Assembly (NCBI GenBank): GCA_948805675.1
Contig: CAQIBN010000003.1
Span: 16,527 to 80,526, forward strand
DNA from: an uncultured Clostridia bacterium
Lineage (GTDB): Bacteria > Bacillota > Clostridia > TANB77 > CAG-508
Length of the DNA stretch: 64,000 bases
Reading direction: 5' to 3'
The first letter of the stretch is position 1, and each line of letters starts with the position of its first letter. The notes beneath the pieces were generated by a model. That model was not told the origin of the DNA. It saw nothing but the letters and a program-made list of their open reading frames with translations, and searched no databases. Made by a program: the position numbers and the translations under genes. Shown here in pieces: positions 51,293-61,912 of the stretch.

Positions 51293-51664
51293 ATGAAGAA
51301 ATATGTATATATAATGCTTACGCTATTAATTATTATATTTAATTTTATATCTTGTGTAAATTGTGTTTATGCAGATGGAGAAGATTCAATAGCTTTGGAG
51401 GGGTGGAATAAAATATATAAAAAGACTGGAAATTCCTTTGATAAAGCACAAAATGCTGTGATAGGATTAGTGCAGACGATTGGATATATAACATCAGTAC
51501 TTATGGTAACGATAATAGGAATAAAATATATATTTACTTCACCAGAAGGAAAAGCAGAAGTAAAAAAACAGTTAATTCCGTTTTTAATAGGAGCTGTGTT
51601 ATTATTTTCTGGAACAGTTCTAGTAAGTACTATTTCTAAATGGGCATATACAACAATAAAATAA
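51293..51664 (+). CDS. Maff2-like small membrane protein, paralogue 2.
   Basis: Same architecture ('TIGYITSVLMVTIIGIKYIFTSPEGKAEVKKQLIPF'). A terminator hairpin follows at 51668..51712. Confidence 0.5.
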   Translation: MKKYVYIMLTLLIIIFNFISCVNCVYADGEDSIALEGWNKIYKKTGNSFDKAQNAVIGLVQTIGYITSVLMVTIIGIKYIFTSPEGKAEVKKQLIPFLIGAVLLFSGTVLVSTISKWAYTTIK

Positions 51665-52014
51665 AAAAAGTTTTAAAAATTAAGAACTCTATTAAAGATA
51701 GGTTCTTAATTTTTTTGTTTCAGTGAAGTAATAATTTTCCTGATATTTTCTAAAATTTATAAAATTAGATCAATAGTCTTAAATAAAGTGTTTTATTTAT
51801 ATATTAATAATAATCATTAATTATGTATGGAATATTTTGTAATATATATTTGTAAGGTTGTATGAATAGGAGTTCCCTAAGAAAAACAAAATAATAACAA
51901 TTATTACAATATTACAAATAAATTAAGTTTTTGAAAAATAGAGATGGTACAGTCTTTTTATGTTGAAAAAGTAATAAAAATACTATATAATAGTATTAAT
52001 AATGAGGTGATTTT

Positions 52015-52419
52015 ATGAAAGTGAAAAAAATTCTAATTTGTATATTATTAATACTAGTATTAATAGTTACTTGTATACCACATAATGTATATGCTGAGGA
52101 TGAAGATCTTATTCAAAAGATAAAAAATCAAGGAACATCATGGTTAGATAAAGGAAAAACTTTAGGAAGTGGTGTTTTACCAAGTGATGATTTGCAAAAT
52201 AAATTTGTACCTATAGGGCAAGTATTGGTTATGATAGCTACAATGGTGGTATTAGTGGTAACTCTTATTATGGGAATTAAATATATAACTGCAAACCCAG
52301 AAGAAAAAGGAAAGTTAAAACAACAGCTAATTGGTTTAGTTGTTTCGATTGTAGTTATATATGGTGCTGTTGGAATTTGGACTTTAGTACAAAATATTAT
52401 GAATAGTTTAGATATATAA
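52015..52419 (+). CDS. Maff2-like small membrane protein, paralogue 3.
   Basis: 'IKYITANPEEKGKLKQQLIGLVVSIVVIYGAVGIW'. Same architecture. Confidence 0.5.
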   Translation: MKVKKILICILLILVLIVTCIPHNVYAEDEDLIQKIKNQGTSWLDKGKTLGSGVLPSDDLQNKFVPIGQVLVMIATMVVLVVTLIMGIKYITANPEEKGKLKQQLIGLVVSIVVIYGAVGIWTLVQNIMNSLDI

Positions 52420-52434
52420 ATACGAAGGAGGAAA

Positions 52435-52773
52435 ATGATGGGAACACATTACATACCTAGAAATGTTAAAGGGGAAGGAAGAATTTTGTATATATTTTCT
52501 ACTAAATCATTAATAACTACTTGTATTGGTGGTGGGATAGGAATTATTCTTTATTACATTTTTAAAACTATTAGTTTGAATGCAGTGGGTGTAATATTAC
52601 TGGGAGTTTTTGCTTTATTAGGTTTTGCTGTTGGTACAGTTAAAATACCACATATTACAGGAATTAAGTTTACAAAAAATGTCGCAGGAGATTCTATAGA
52701 TGATATTGTACTAAGATATGCAAAATTTAAAATGAATAAAAAAATTTATAAGTATACAAAGGAGGAAGAATAA
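52435..52773 (+). CDS. PrgI/TcpE-family conjugation membrane protein.
   Basis: 112 aa, two TM helices. Homologous in position and pattern to 3437..3766. Confidence 0.55.
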   Translation: MMGTHYIPRNVKGEGRILYIFSTKSLITTCIGGGIGIILYYIFKTISLNAVGVILLGVFALLGFAVGTVKIPHITGIKFTKNVAGDSIDDIVLRYAKFKMNKKIYKYTKEEE

Positions 52774-53951
52774 TGGGAAATACTATATTTTGGTTAAATA
52801 TTATATTAGTTATATTAGTACTTGCTATTGGAATACTTGGTAGTATTGTGATATTTATTCTATTTAAAAGAAAAAAGGAACAGGAAAGTGGAACAAGTAG
52901 TGGTACAGATGGAAATAGAAAAAGTAATAATGATGATACTAAAAATCAAGGCAAACAGTCTGTTCAAAGTTTTATGGAGTTTGATGATGTTATAGATAAT
53001 ATGATTGTAAGAAGAAATAGAACACAATATATTATGGTTATTCAATGTAAAGGGATAAATTATGATCTTCTATCAGAAGAAGAGAAAGAGGCAGTAGAAA
53101 ATGGATTTACTCAATTTCTAAACACTTTAAGATTTCCTATACAACTATATATTCAGACAAGAAGTTTAAATTTAAGAGATATTATTGATGAATATAAATC
53201 AAGAGTTGATGTTATAGATTCTGAAATAGAACAACTTAATATAAAAATAAAAAGAGCAAAGGCTGCTGGAAATGAAGAGATTGTCGAAAAATTGGAATTT
53301 GAGAAGAGAAGAAAAAGCAATGTATTAGAGTATGGAACAGATATATCAAACTATGTTGAGAGAATGAGCCAAAACCAAAATGTTTTACAACAGAATACAT
53401 ATTTAATTGTTTCATATTATACAGCTGAATTTGGGGGAGAAATTAATAATTATTCAAAAGAGGAAATTGATAGTATTTCTTTTTCAGAGTTATATACAAG
53501 GGCTCAAACTTTAATTAGAAGTTTATCCTCAGCAGAAGTGTATGGAAGAGTATTAGAATCTGAGGAATTAGCAGAGCTACTTTATGTGGCATATAATAGA
53601 GATGAATCAGAAATATTAAATTTAAAAAGATGCTTAGATGCAGAATATGACAGTTTTTATACTACAGCACCAGATATTTTAGAAAAAAAGAAAAAAAGAA
53701 TAGAAAATGAAATAGAGGAAGAAGCGGTAACTTTAGCAACTGGAAGTATATTAGAAGCTGACAGAATAAAAATGTTAGAAAAAAATAAAGCAAGAAAAGT
53801 AAAAGAAAGAGCAAAGGAACTTGTAGATGAATACAAAGATTCTATGGAGGAAGATTTATATAAGGAAACTATAAATCAAATTGAAAAAGGCAGTAAAAAG
53901 GAAGAAAAGAGCGAAAAATATAAAAAAGCTAAAAAGAAGAGGATTTCCTAA
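52773..53951 (+). CDS. Membrane-anchored VirB4 N-terminal-domain-like protein with a coiled-coil C-terminus.
   Basis: N-terminal TM. 'FMEFDDVIDNMIVRRNRTQYIMVIQCKGINYDL' parallels 'ILDIKNNLIYTRDNLVIAILKINSLNMQL' of 3767..4375. Overlaps the TcpE-like stop codon. Confidence 0.45.
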   Translation: MGNTIFWLNIILVILVLAIGILGSIVIFILFKRKKEQESGTSSGTDGNRKSNNDDTKNQGKQSVQSFMEFDDVIDNMIVRRNRTQYIMVIQCKGINYDLLSEEEKEAVENGFTQFLNTLRFPIQLYIQTRSLNLRDIIDEYKSRVDVIDSEIEQLNIKIKRAKAAGNEEIVEKLEFEKRRKSNVLEYGTDISNYVERMSQNQNVLQQNTYLIVSYYTAEFGGEINNYSKEEIDSISFSELYTRAQTLIRSLSSAEVYGRVLESEELAELLYVAYNRDESEILNLKRCLDAEYDSFYTTAPDILEKKKKRIENEIEEEAVTLATGSILEADRIKMLEKNKARKVKERAKELVDEYKDSMEEDLYKETINQIEKGSKKEEKSEKYKKAKKKRIS

Positions 53952-53983
53952 ACTTAAGATAATAAAAAAAGGAGAATGATTTT

Positions 53984-55942
53984 ATGAAAATTGAAAATCG
54001 TAAAAAATCTCAAGTGGAAGAACAAAAAGATAGAGATGACAAGAAAAACGACAGTTTAATGAGAAAAAATAAGAAAAATTTAAAGGATTTAATAGCACCT
54101 GCAGGTATTGATGCAAGTCATACAAATCATATAGAAATTGTATCTAATAAAAGTAGATATGCAAGAAGCGCAATTGTATCTACAATACCAAGAATGTGTA
54201 CTTTTCCAGAATTCTTAAGAAGTATGTATACATTTGGAGATATAAATGTTTCTGTATATATTAAACCTGTAAGTGAAAGTACTTCACAAGCCGAGTTAAA
54301 TAGAGAAATTAACCAATTAGAATCTGAAAGAATAGTAGCTCTAGATAGAGGAGATATTAATCGTGAAAGAATATTAGCTCAAAAGAGAGCTGAGACAGAA
54401 GAACTTAGAGATTCTATAGCAAGTGGATTTAATAAATTGTTTGAATCTTCTATAATATGTACTTTGTTTACATATAATCTTGATGAATTAGATAAGCAAA
54501 CTGAGTTATTGGCGTCAGAAATGGCAAAAACAACTATTGGAATAAAGCCAGCATGGGCAATGCAAGAAGACGCATTTAAATCTAATTTGCCATTTTTGGA
54601 TAATAGAATGAAGATAAGTCATACTTTTGACCGTAGTTCTATGGCCACAGTTTTCCCATTTTTTAATTCAGAGGTGGGACATGAAAATGGTATACCCTTA
54701 GGATTTAATAGACAGACAGGCTTACCGATTTTATTTGATAATTTTAGTCCAAGTCTAACTAATTATAATATGGTAGTGTTTGGTAAATCTGGTGCTGGTA
54801 AAGGTGTAACAATTAAGACATTAACATCTCGTTCATCTGTATTGATGGGAATTGAAAGTTTAGCATTAGATGCAGAAGGAGAATATGGAGTTGTTGCAGA
54901 AGCATTAGGTGGAGTAAATGTAGTAATTAGTCCAAATTCAAAAACTATTATTAATTTATTTGATATAGAGCCAGAAACCATTAAAGACGAAATAACAGGA
55001 AAAGAAAAGACTGCATTAAATGTAGAAAATAAAGTTGAAGATGTAACACAGGCTTTGCTAACTATGGCAAGAGGATCTACAAGAAGCACAGAAGTAAATG
55101 AGCTTACAAAACAAATTATTGCGGAGTCTGTTGCAGAAGAATACGCAGCACATGGAATTAATAATAATGTTAGTAGTTTATATAGCTCAAAGTCAAAAAA
55201 ATATGATAATGATTTTTTAGGAAATGAGAAGAAACCTATGCCAACAATAGGTTCTTGGTATAGAAGACTTCTAAAAAAAGCAAAGGAAAATGATAACCAA
55301 GATTATAGATTTCATTATAGTTACCTAGTAAAAGTTATGAGACAATATGTAAGAGAGCTTGATGGACAGATGGCATATTTTGATGGACAATCTACTTTTG
55401 AATTATTAGAGGGGGTTCCTTTTATTAATTTAGATATATCACAATTAGAAGAGAGATTTGCAAGACCACTTGCACAACAAATCTTATTATCGTGGATTTG
55501 GGAGAAATATGTAAAGAAGAATAGTGAAGATAAAACAAAGGCTACTAAAAAGAGGGTTTTAGTTGATGAAGCATGGATGTTACTTCCATATCCAGAAGCC
55601 GTAGACTTCTTGAATACTATGGCGAGACGTGCTAGAAAAAGAAATGTATCGTTAGCAGTTATTTCACAAAAATTCCAAGACTTTTATGAGAAGGCGGAAG
55701 TTCAAGCTGTGTTAACATCATCTGATACTAAATTATTTTTGGCACAAGATAAATCCGAAATTGAATATATAAAAGAGGTATTCAAACTAAGTGAAGGAGA
55801 GGCATATTTCTTGACTACTTGTGGAAGAGGAGAAGGACTTTTAAAAGTAGGAGAAGACACAGCTATTATAGCTATAAAGCCAACCAAAAAAGAGTTTGAA
55901 TTTGTAGAAACAAACTTAAATAAATTAAGAAAAGAAGATTAA
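53984..55942 (+). CDS. VirB4/TcpF-like conjugative ATPase (intact).
   Basis: Walker A 'VVFGKSGAGKGVT', 'LALDAEGEYG', Walker B 'VLVDEAWML'. 652 aa. Confidence 0.8.
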   Translation: MKIENRKKSQVEEQKDRDDKKNDSLMRKNKKNLKDLIAPAGIDASHTNHIEIVSNKSRYARSAIVSTIPRMCTFPEFLRSMYTFGDINVSVYIKPVSESTSQAELNREINQLESERIVALDRGDINRERILAQKRAETEELRDSIASGFNKLFESSIICTLFTYNLDELDKQTELLASEMAKTTIGIKPAWAMQEDAFKSNLPFLDNRMKISHTFDRSSMATVFPFFNSEVGHENGIPLGFNRQTGLPILFDNFSPSLTNYNMVVFGKSGAGKGVTIKTLTSRSSVLMGIESLALDAEGEYGVVAEALGGVNVVISPNSKTIINLFDIEPETIKDEITGKEKTALNVENKVEDVTQALLTMARGSTRSTEVNELTKQIIAESVAEEYAAHGINNNVSSLYSSKSKKYDNDFLGNEKKPMPTIGSWYRRLLKKAKENDNQDYRFHYSYLVKVMRQYVRELDGQMAYFDGQSTFELLEGVPFINLDISQLEERFARPLAQQILLSWIWEKYVKKNSEDKTKATKKRVLVDEAWMLLPYPEAVDFLNTMARRARKRNVSLAVISQKFQDFYEKAEVQAVLTSSDTKLFLAQDKSEIEYIKEVFKLSEGEAYFLTTCGRGEGLLKVGEDTAIIAIKPTKKEFEFVETNLNKLRKED

Positions 55943-55954
55943 AAGAGGTAAAAA

Positions 55955-57124
55955 ATGAAAAAGAAAGTGACAATTGTATTAATAGTTGTAATATTATTTA
56001 ATACATTGATTCCTAATTTCATATATGCATCTCCAGATTTAGGAAGTATGAAAGATGTAATGCAACATCAATCAGAAACGGGACAGGACTCTGCAACGTC
56101 TTTATTTGAAGAAGGAGAAGCTCAAACAACTCCAAGCAACGGAAAGACCCGTACTGAAAAAGTAGGAGAAACAGATTCTATTAGCAATTTTTTAGCAAAT
56201 GTTTTATGTATGTTTCTTATGGTTCCTCCTATGACCATAAATTCGATTCTTACTGTAATAGTATTTACTACACAAGATAGTGGACAAGGTGTAACACAAC
56301 AGTTTACTATTGAAGATGTTGTGTTAGGGAAATATACACTATTTGATATTAATTTTTTTGAAGATACAAATACTGCAAATAGAGGTATAGTTGACATAGT
56401 TAGAGAAAACGTTGCTACATGGTACTTTGTGTTAAGAAATATTGCGATTGTAGGAAGTTTATTAGTTTTAATATATATAGGAATAAGGATGGCTCTTTCT
56501 ACAATTGCAAAGGATCAAGCGAAATATAAGAAGATGTTTGTTAGTTGGTTAACAAGTTTTATATTAATATTTGTTATGCATTATATAATATTATTTTTGG
56601 TAAATATTCAAGAAACTATTATGGAATTACTTAGTGATATAACAGCAGGTGATGGATTTGAAGAAATTATAATAAGAAATACATGGGATTCATTATCAAA
56701 TGTTTCAGGGTGGAATAAGGTACCATTTCTTATTTTATATTACATGCTAGTATATTATCAAGTGAAATTCTTTCTTATGTATTTTAAGAGGTTTTTATCG
56801 ATTGGATTTTTAATAATAATATCACCACTCATAACTATTACTTATTCAATAGATAAAGCAGGAGATGGAAAGGCTCAAGCCTTTGGTACATGGCTTAGAG
56901 AAATGATATTTAATATATTTATACAAGTAATACATGCTGTTATATATATAGTATTTATATTTTCGGCTGCAGAAATAGCAAAAAAGATTCCTTTACTAGG
57001 AATATTGTTTTTAATGACACTATCAAGAGCAGAAAAAATAGTTAAGAATACATTTTCATTAAAGGGTAAAGGATTTGGAGATGAAAAGCCATTAGATAAG
57101 ATTAAAAATCTAGCTGGAATGTAG
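55955..57124 (+). CDS. VirB6/TcpH-like polytopic membrane protein (paralogue A).
   Basis: 'VATWYFVLRNIAIVGSLLVLIYIGIRMALSTIAKDQAKYKKMFVSWLTSF' is shared with the next two genes. Multiple TM helices. Confidence 0.55.
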   Translation: MKKKVTIVLIVVILFNTLIPNFIYASPDLGSMKDVMQHQSETGQDSATSLFEEGEAQTTPSNGKTRTEKVGETDSISNFLANVLCMFLMVPPMTINSILTVIVFTTQDSGQGVTQQFTIEDVVLGKYTLFDINFFEDTNTANRGIVDIVRENVATWYFVLRNIAIVGSLLVLIYIGIRMALSTIAKDQAKYKKMFVSWLTSFILIFVMHYIILFLVNIQETIMELLSDITAGDGFEEIIIRNTWDSLSNVSGWNKVPFLILYYMLVYYQVKFFLMYFKRFLSIGFLIIISPLITITYSIDKAGDGKAQAFGTWLREMIFNIFIQVIHAVIYIVFIFSAAEIAKKIPLLGILFLMTLSRAEKIVKNTFSLKGKGFGDEKPLDKIKNLAGM

Positions 57125-57133
57125 GAGGTAATA

Positions 57134-58708
57134 ATGAAACAGACTAAAAGTAATAAATCGATAATTGTTATTGTAATAATTATAGTAATTTTATTTATAT
57201 TAGTTTTATTATTATCTACTAGTATAAATTATTTAAATAGTCAAAATGATAGTAAACAAGTCCAGGACATAAAACAATATGTATCTATAAATGATTTTAA
57301 GAGCATAGAAGAAGTTGCTATATATCTAGATTGCATATATATAAAAGAGGAAGTTTCGAAACAAGAAAACTATAATACAGATATTTATATGAAAATAAAA
57401 GTATTACCATATGAAGATGATAAAAGTAATGAGGGATTTTATGATAAGTTGATTTCATATTCTGCAAAAGTTTTAGAATTTAAGAATTTTAGAATTATAG
57501 ATAAAGAAAATGATACTACAATAGAAGTAATTTGTAACAAAGAAAATAAAGAGATAAAGGATGTGCTAATAAATGGAGAATCTAATTACTTTAATAGAAG
57601 AGATTCTCAATTGCAGATTAGAGATTATAAAGATACAAAAATAACAGATTTTACTATACAATCAGAAATTATTAATAAATTAATTAATAATAATTGGAAA
57701 ATTTTAGATTCTGAAATTGGAACTAAAGAAAGTACGTTTAATTCTTATGATATTTATTTTGATGAAGGAATAGAATTGAGAAAAATCAATAATCAAGTAT
57801 TTAATATAGTTTTTACAGATAAGTATAAATTAAATATAGTTAATAGTATTACAACAGCATTCTCTAAAGAAGAAATAATAAGAATTTTGGGAAATCCAAC
57901 GTTTAGTAATGATAGTACAGGAATAATAGGATATAAGGGAAAAGATATAGATGTATTCTTTAATACTTTAAATAAGCAGATTTCGATATATATGGTTGAA
58001 AAAGACACAAATATTAGCCAGTTTTATGAATTATATAAAAAAAGCAAAGAAGAAAATAAAAGTATTACACAATTTATTAATATATTAAAAGAAAAAATGA
58101 ATAATTATGATTATTACAAAGAAACAAATAGCTATATAGAATTACAATATACATTAAAAGGCATAAAATTACAATTTAATGTTGGAGATGAAAATGGCAT
58201 TTTACTATATAATAATTATTTAGGTTTCGTTTATGATGATACAAAAATAAGTGATATTCATGAACATATAGAAAGAATACCAAAGGATATTTTTTTGAAG
58301 AATGAAAATTTAGTTTTTTTAAATGAAATAAATAGAGTTAATTATATTCAGTCAGTTAAATATATGGCAAGAATGGAAAAGAACAGAAATAAAAAGGAAA
58401 ACGAAATAGAAAGTAAATTATTTATTGAATATAAGAATGAACTTCAAGATGAAGCATATTCAATTTCTTTTATTTCTATTGATGGCAATAATCCAAATAG
58501 TGAACTTAAGGATAATGTTAGCTCGGGATTATGGCTAAATGATAAATATTATGTTTATGGGATAAAACAAAGAGGTATATATATATATGATGTATTGAAC
58601 AGAAAGTATGTAACATTGTTTTCAGGTGAAAATGTAAATTATGATATTAAAGAATACAAAAATAAAATTTTAACTTATGATGATAAATCAATAAAATTAG
58701 ATTTATAA
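57134..58708 (+). CDS. Membrane-anchored hypothetical conjugation-module protein (TcpC-like position).
   Basis: N-terminal TM. 524 aa. No motifs recognised. Confidence 0.35.
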   Translation: MKQTKSNKSIIVIVIIIVILFILVLLLSTSINYLNSQNDSKQVQDIKQYVSINDFKSIEEVAIYLDCIYIKEEVSKQENYNTDIYMKIKVLPYEDDKSNEGFYDKLISYSAKVLEFKNFRIIDKENDTTIEVICNKENKEIKDVLINGESNYFNRRDSQLQIRDYKDTKITDFTIQSEIINKLINNNWKILDSEIGTKESTFNSYDIYFDEGIELRKINNQVFNIVFTDKYKLNIVNSITTAFSKEEIIRILGNPTFSNDSTGIIGYKGKDIDVFFNTLNKQISIYMVEKDTNISQFYELYKKSKEENKSITQFINILKEKMNNYDYYKETNSYIELQYTLKGIKLQFNVGDENGILLYNNYLGFVYDDTKISDIHEHIERIPKDIFLKNENLVFLNEINRVNYIQSVKYMARMEKNRNKKENEIESKLFIEYKNELQDEAYSISFISIDGNNPNSELKDNVSSGLWLNDKYYVYGIKQRGIYIYDVLNRKYVTLFSGENVNYDIKEYKNKILTYDDKSIKLDL

Positions 58709-58725
58709 AGAAAGGGGAGTAATAG

Positions 58726-61700
58726 ATGAATATTTTAAAGAAAATTATAATTATACTTTTTTTGATTTGTATATTATTCCCTAAAAATGTTAGTGCAATG
58801 AGCCAAACTAAAGCAGGAGATACCTTATCGGAATTTGCTATTAATTTCGAAAAAAATCATGCAGAAGAAACAAGATATTCTTTAAATGGATGGGATAATT
58901 ATGATTCTGGTGATAGAGCGATGGCATATAAAGGTATTAAGCAATGTAAAGGAACAAATAATTATTATGGAATGGATTGTGTTGGATGGGTAGGATGTGC
59001 AATACATTGGTCTTTAAAGTTAGGAAACAATAATAGATTTACTTCTTTTGTAGTACCTCCTGGAGATGAACAGTCATTCCATGCAGAAGATGGATTTACA
59101 CAGATTGATAAAAATAGTACATTACAACCTGGAGATATTTTATGCTTTTGGGGTCATGTTGGAATATATGCTGTGGATAAAACAACTAAAGAAAAATTTG
59201 TTATACATTGTGATGGTTGGGGGAGAAATGGAGCAGGGATACATAAATCTAATTTTGATGAATATGTAAATGGACACTCAATTTATAATGTAGCAAGAAT
59301 AACAAATGAAGCAGCAGGGTCTTTAAATGAAAATAATGTTACTACTATGTTTAATGAAGTAACAGGTGCAGCTGATGACTATGGATTATACTATGGAACT
59401 ACACAAGGCAGATATACAGGTTCATATAATTTAGGTGATTGGTTATTTGATAAAATTGCAGGTTTTTTTGACTATTTAGTTGGAATATTAACATATATAA
59501 TCAGAATTCCTGTATTAGGTTGGACTAATATAGTAGAAGTAATAGTAAATAATTTTATTGATGAAATAAGTGGTGCTAATCAAACAGAAAATGAGGGACA
59601 GAATCAAAAACAAGAATTTATAGGACCTCCAACTGAAGAACAAATGAAGGAAAAAAAGGAAGAAGAAAAGTTGTATAAACCAGTGGCTACAGATAAATGG
59701 GAAAGAATTAATATAGAAGATATTATATATAATCATATTCCAATATTAGATGTTAATTTTTTCTCATTTGACGAGGCAGCAGGAGAAGAACTACAAGAGG
59801 GAAGTGTAATTTATACAATCAGAGCAAATGTTGCTAAATGGTATATGATTATTAGAAGAGTTAGTATAATACTATTATTATTGGTATTGATCTATTTGGG
59901 TATTCAGACAGCTATTAATACTGCAGCAGGAAAAAGAGGTAAATATAAAGGTATGTTATTAGCTTGGGTTACAAGTTTTTTAGTAATATTTTGTATACAT
60001 TACTTTATGATGATAGTAATAGATATTAATCAATACTTTGTAGAAGTGTTTGAAAGAGCTAATACTAGAGCTGTAGAAGAAATAGGGTATTCAGCAGATG
60101 GAGCTGTTTCAATATATGATACTATCCGTACAAGAGCATATTCCTTAAAATTAAGTGAGGGTGTTCCAGCAACAATAATGTATATGGTGTTAGTATATTA
60201 TTTAATAAAATTCTTATATATATATTTCAAAAGATACCTTACCATTAATATACTTGCAATTTTGGGACCTATTATTGCTATTAAGTATGCATTTGATAAA
60301 ATTAAATCAGGAAAAGGTGGTAGTTTAACTAACTGGATGTTTGACTTTTTTATAAATGTATTTCTACAAAGTATACATGCAATATTATATACCATATTTA
60401 TGATAATGGCTTTTGATTTGGCTGTTAAATCTATTGCAGGGTTTGCGATAGCACTAGTTGTACTCAACTTTATGTTGAAAGCAGAGAAAATATTTATAGA
60501 TATATTTAAATTTGAGTCAAGAGGCTCTTCATTAAGTGATGTTAGAGAAGATAAGAATTATTTAGTTGAAGCATATAAAACTGGAATGCTTGTTGGAGGA
60601 TTTGCAAAAGGCACAGCAAGATTTACGTTTGGTGGAGTTAGAGCTGTTGGTAATTTAGGATTTGGAATAGTACAAGATGGTATAAATACAGTAGGAAGAA
60701 TAGATAATGCATGGAACAATAGAAAAAGAAAAAAGAATGGACAGGAATTACTTGATTATGAGCCAATAGTAGTAAAAGATAAAGTTAGTGATACTTTAAA
60801 GAATATTGGATATAAAATTGGAGATAGAGTAAATGATAAAGTCTTTAAAGGAAAAAATTTAAAACTTGGAGTGCATAAAATGAAAGATAGAGATCCTAGA
60901 CTATATAAGACTACAGAAAAAGCTCTAAAAGCAACTAAGAATATGACAAAGAAGAATTGGACAAGAACAATAAAAAAAGGAACAAAAACAATTAGTAGTA
61001 TGGCTAAAGTTATGGTTGGAATTCCAATAGCAGTAGCAGATGCTAAAGAGGGATCTATGTTATTATATAGTGGAATCTCAGATCTGAAAGGTGTTATGAA
61101 GGGGAATACGCATTATGGACATAGAAGTAGAAGTAATATATGGTCACGAAGAGGAAGAGTGGCTGCTACAATAGCAACAGGAGGAGCATTTGCATTAGCA
61201 GATGGAGTATCAGGAGAGATAAAGCAAGTTAGTAAAGATACAAAAAATATGAAGAAACATAATGAAAAGTTACAATATTTAGCAAATATTAATAGTCTAG
61301 AAGATGATATAGAAAAAGAGTTAAATATTATTAATATTCAAAAAGATATGGAGAAAAAGGGAAAAACAGATAAAGAAAAAGATGAAATAGATGAGAGATA
61401 TAGAAAAGAAATAAATAAAGATATACATAATGCAGTAAATTCTGTTCTAACTAGTTCAACAATAAGTTCTACAGTTATAGACTATATGTATGAAAATAAT
61501 ATATCAGAAATGACAGAAAAAGATGTGGAAAATGTAATAAAGCAATTAGAGAATATGGCAGATACTGATGAAATTAGATTCAGATTTGGATCTAAGATAA
61601 AGGCAAATGTAAAAGATGAAATAAAGAAGGAATTAGGAAAAAAGAAAAAAACATTAGATGCAAAGAAAACTATTAATGTAATAGAAGATGCAGTTATGAA

Positions 61701-61899
61701 AGAAGATAGCGTAGAAATGGAAAGCCCGAAATACGAAGTGCTTTCTCAAAAGATAAGAGAATTAAAATCAATCTCTGAAAAGGCAAAAAATTTTACAGGC
61801 AGTTCTGTATCAACTACAAGTATGTTCATAAAAAATGTAACAAAGGAAAATAAGAAAAAGAGTACTATTCAGAAAAAGGTAAAGAGAAATAAAAAATAA
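58726..61899 (+). CDS. Fusion protein: N-terminal CHAP/NlpC-P60-like peptidoglycan hydrolase domain, VirB6/TcpH-like membrane domain (paralogue B), and a long charged C-terminal extension.
   Basis: Signal peptide. CHAP Cys 'GMDCVGWVGCAIHW' and His 'FWGHVGIY'. Then 'VAKWYMIIRRVSIILLLLVLIYLGIQTAINTAAGKRGKYKGMLLAWVTSF', homologous to 55955. 1057 aa. Confidence 0.6.
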   Translation: MNILKKIIIILFLICILFPKNVSAMSQTKAGDTLSEFAINFEKNHAEETRYSLNGWDNYDSGDRAMAYKGIKQCKGTNNYYGMDCVGWVGCAIHWSLKLGNNNRFTSFVVPPGDEQSFHAEDGFTQIDKNSTLQPGDILCFWGHVGIYAVDKTTKEKFVIHCDGWGRNGAGIHKSNFDEYVNGHSIYNVARITNEAAGSLNENNVTTMFNEVTGAADDYGLYYGTTQGRYTGSYNLGDWLFDKIAGFFDYLVGILTYIIRIPVLGWTNIVEVIVNNFIDEISGANQTENEGQNQKQEFIGPPTEEQMKEKKEEEKLYKPVATDKWERINIEDIIYNHIPILDVNFFSFDEAAGEELQEGSVIYTIRANVAKWYMIIRRVSIILLLLVLIYLGIQTAINTAAGKRGKYKGMLLAWVTSFLVIFCIHYFMMIVIDINQYFVEVFERANTRAVEEIGYSADGAVSIYDTIRTRAYSLKLSEGVPATIMYMVLVYYLIKFLYIYFKRYLTINILAILGPIIAIKYAFDKIKSGKGGSLTNWMFDFFINVFLQSIHAILYTIFMIMAFDLAVKSIAGFAIALVVLNFMLKAEKIFIDIFKFESRGSSLSDVREDKNYLVEAYKTGMLVGGFAKGTARFTFGGVRAVGNLGFGIVQDGINTVGRIDNAWNNRKRKKNGQELLDYEPIVVKDKVSDTLKNIGYKIGDRVNDKVFKGKNLKLGVHKMKDRDPRLYKTTEKALKATKNMTKKNWTRTIKKGTKTISSMAKVMVGIPIAVADAKEGSMLLYSGISDLKGVMKGNTHYGHRSRSNIWSRRGRVAATIATGGAFALADGVSGEIKQVSKDTKNMKKHNEKLQYLANINSLEDDIEKELNIINIQKDMEKKGKTDKEKDEIDERYRKEINKDIHNAVNSVLTSSTISSTVIDYMYENNISEMTEKDVENVIKQLENMADTDEIRFRFGSKIKANVKDEIKKELGKKKKTLDAKKTINVIEDAVMKEDSVEMESPKYEVLSQKIRELKSISEKAKNFTGSSVSTTSMFIKNVTKENKKKSTIQKKVKRNKK

Positions 61900-61912
61900 G
61901 GTTGGTGTAAAT

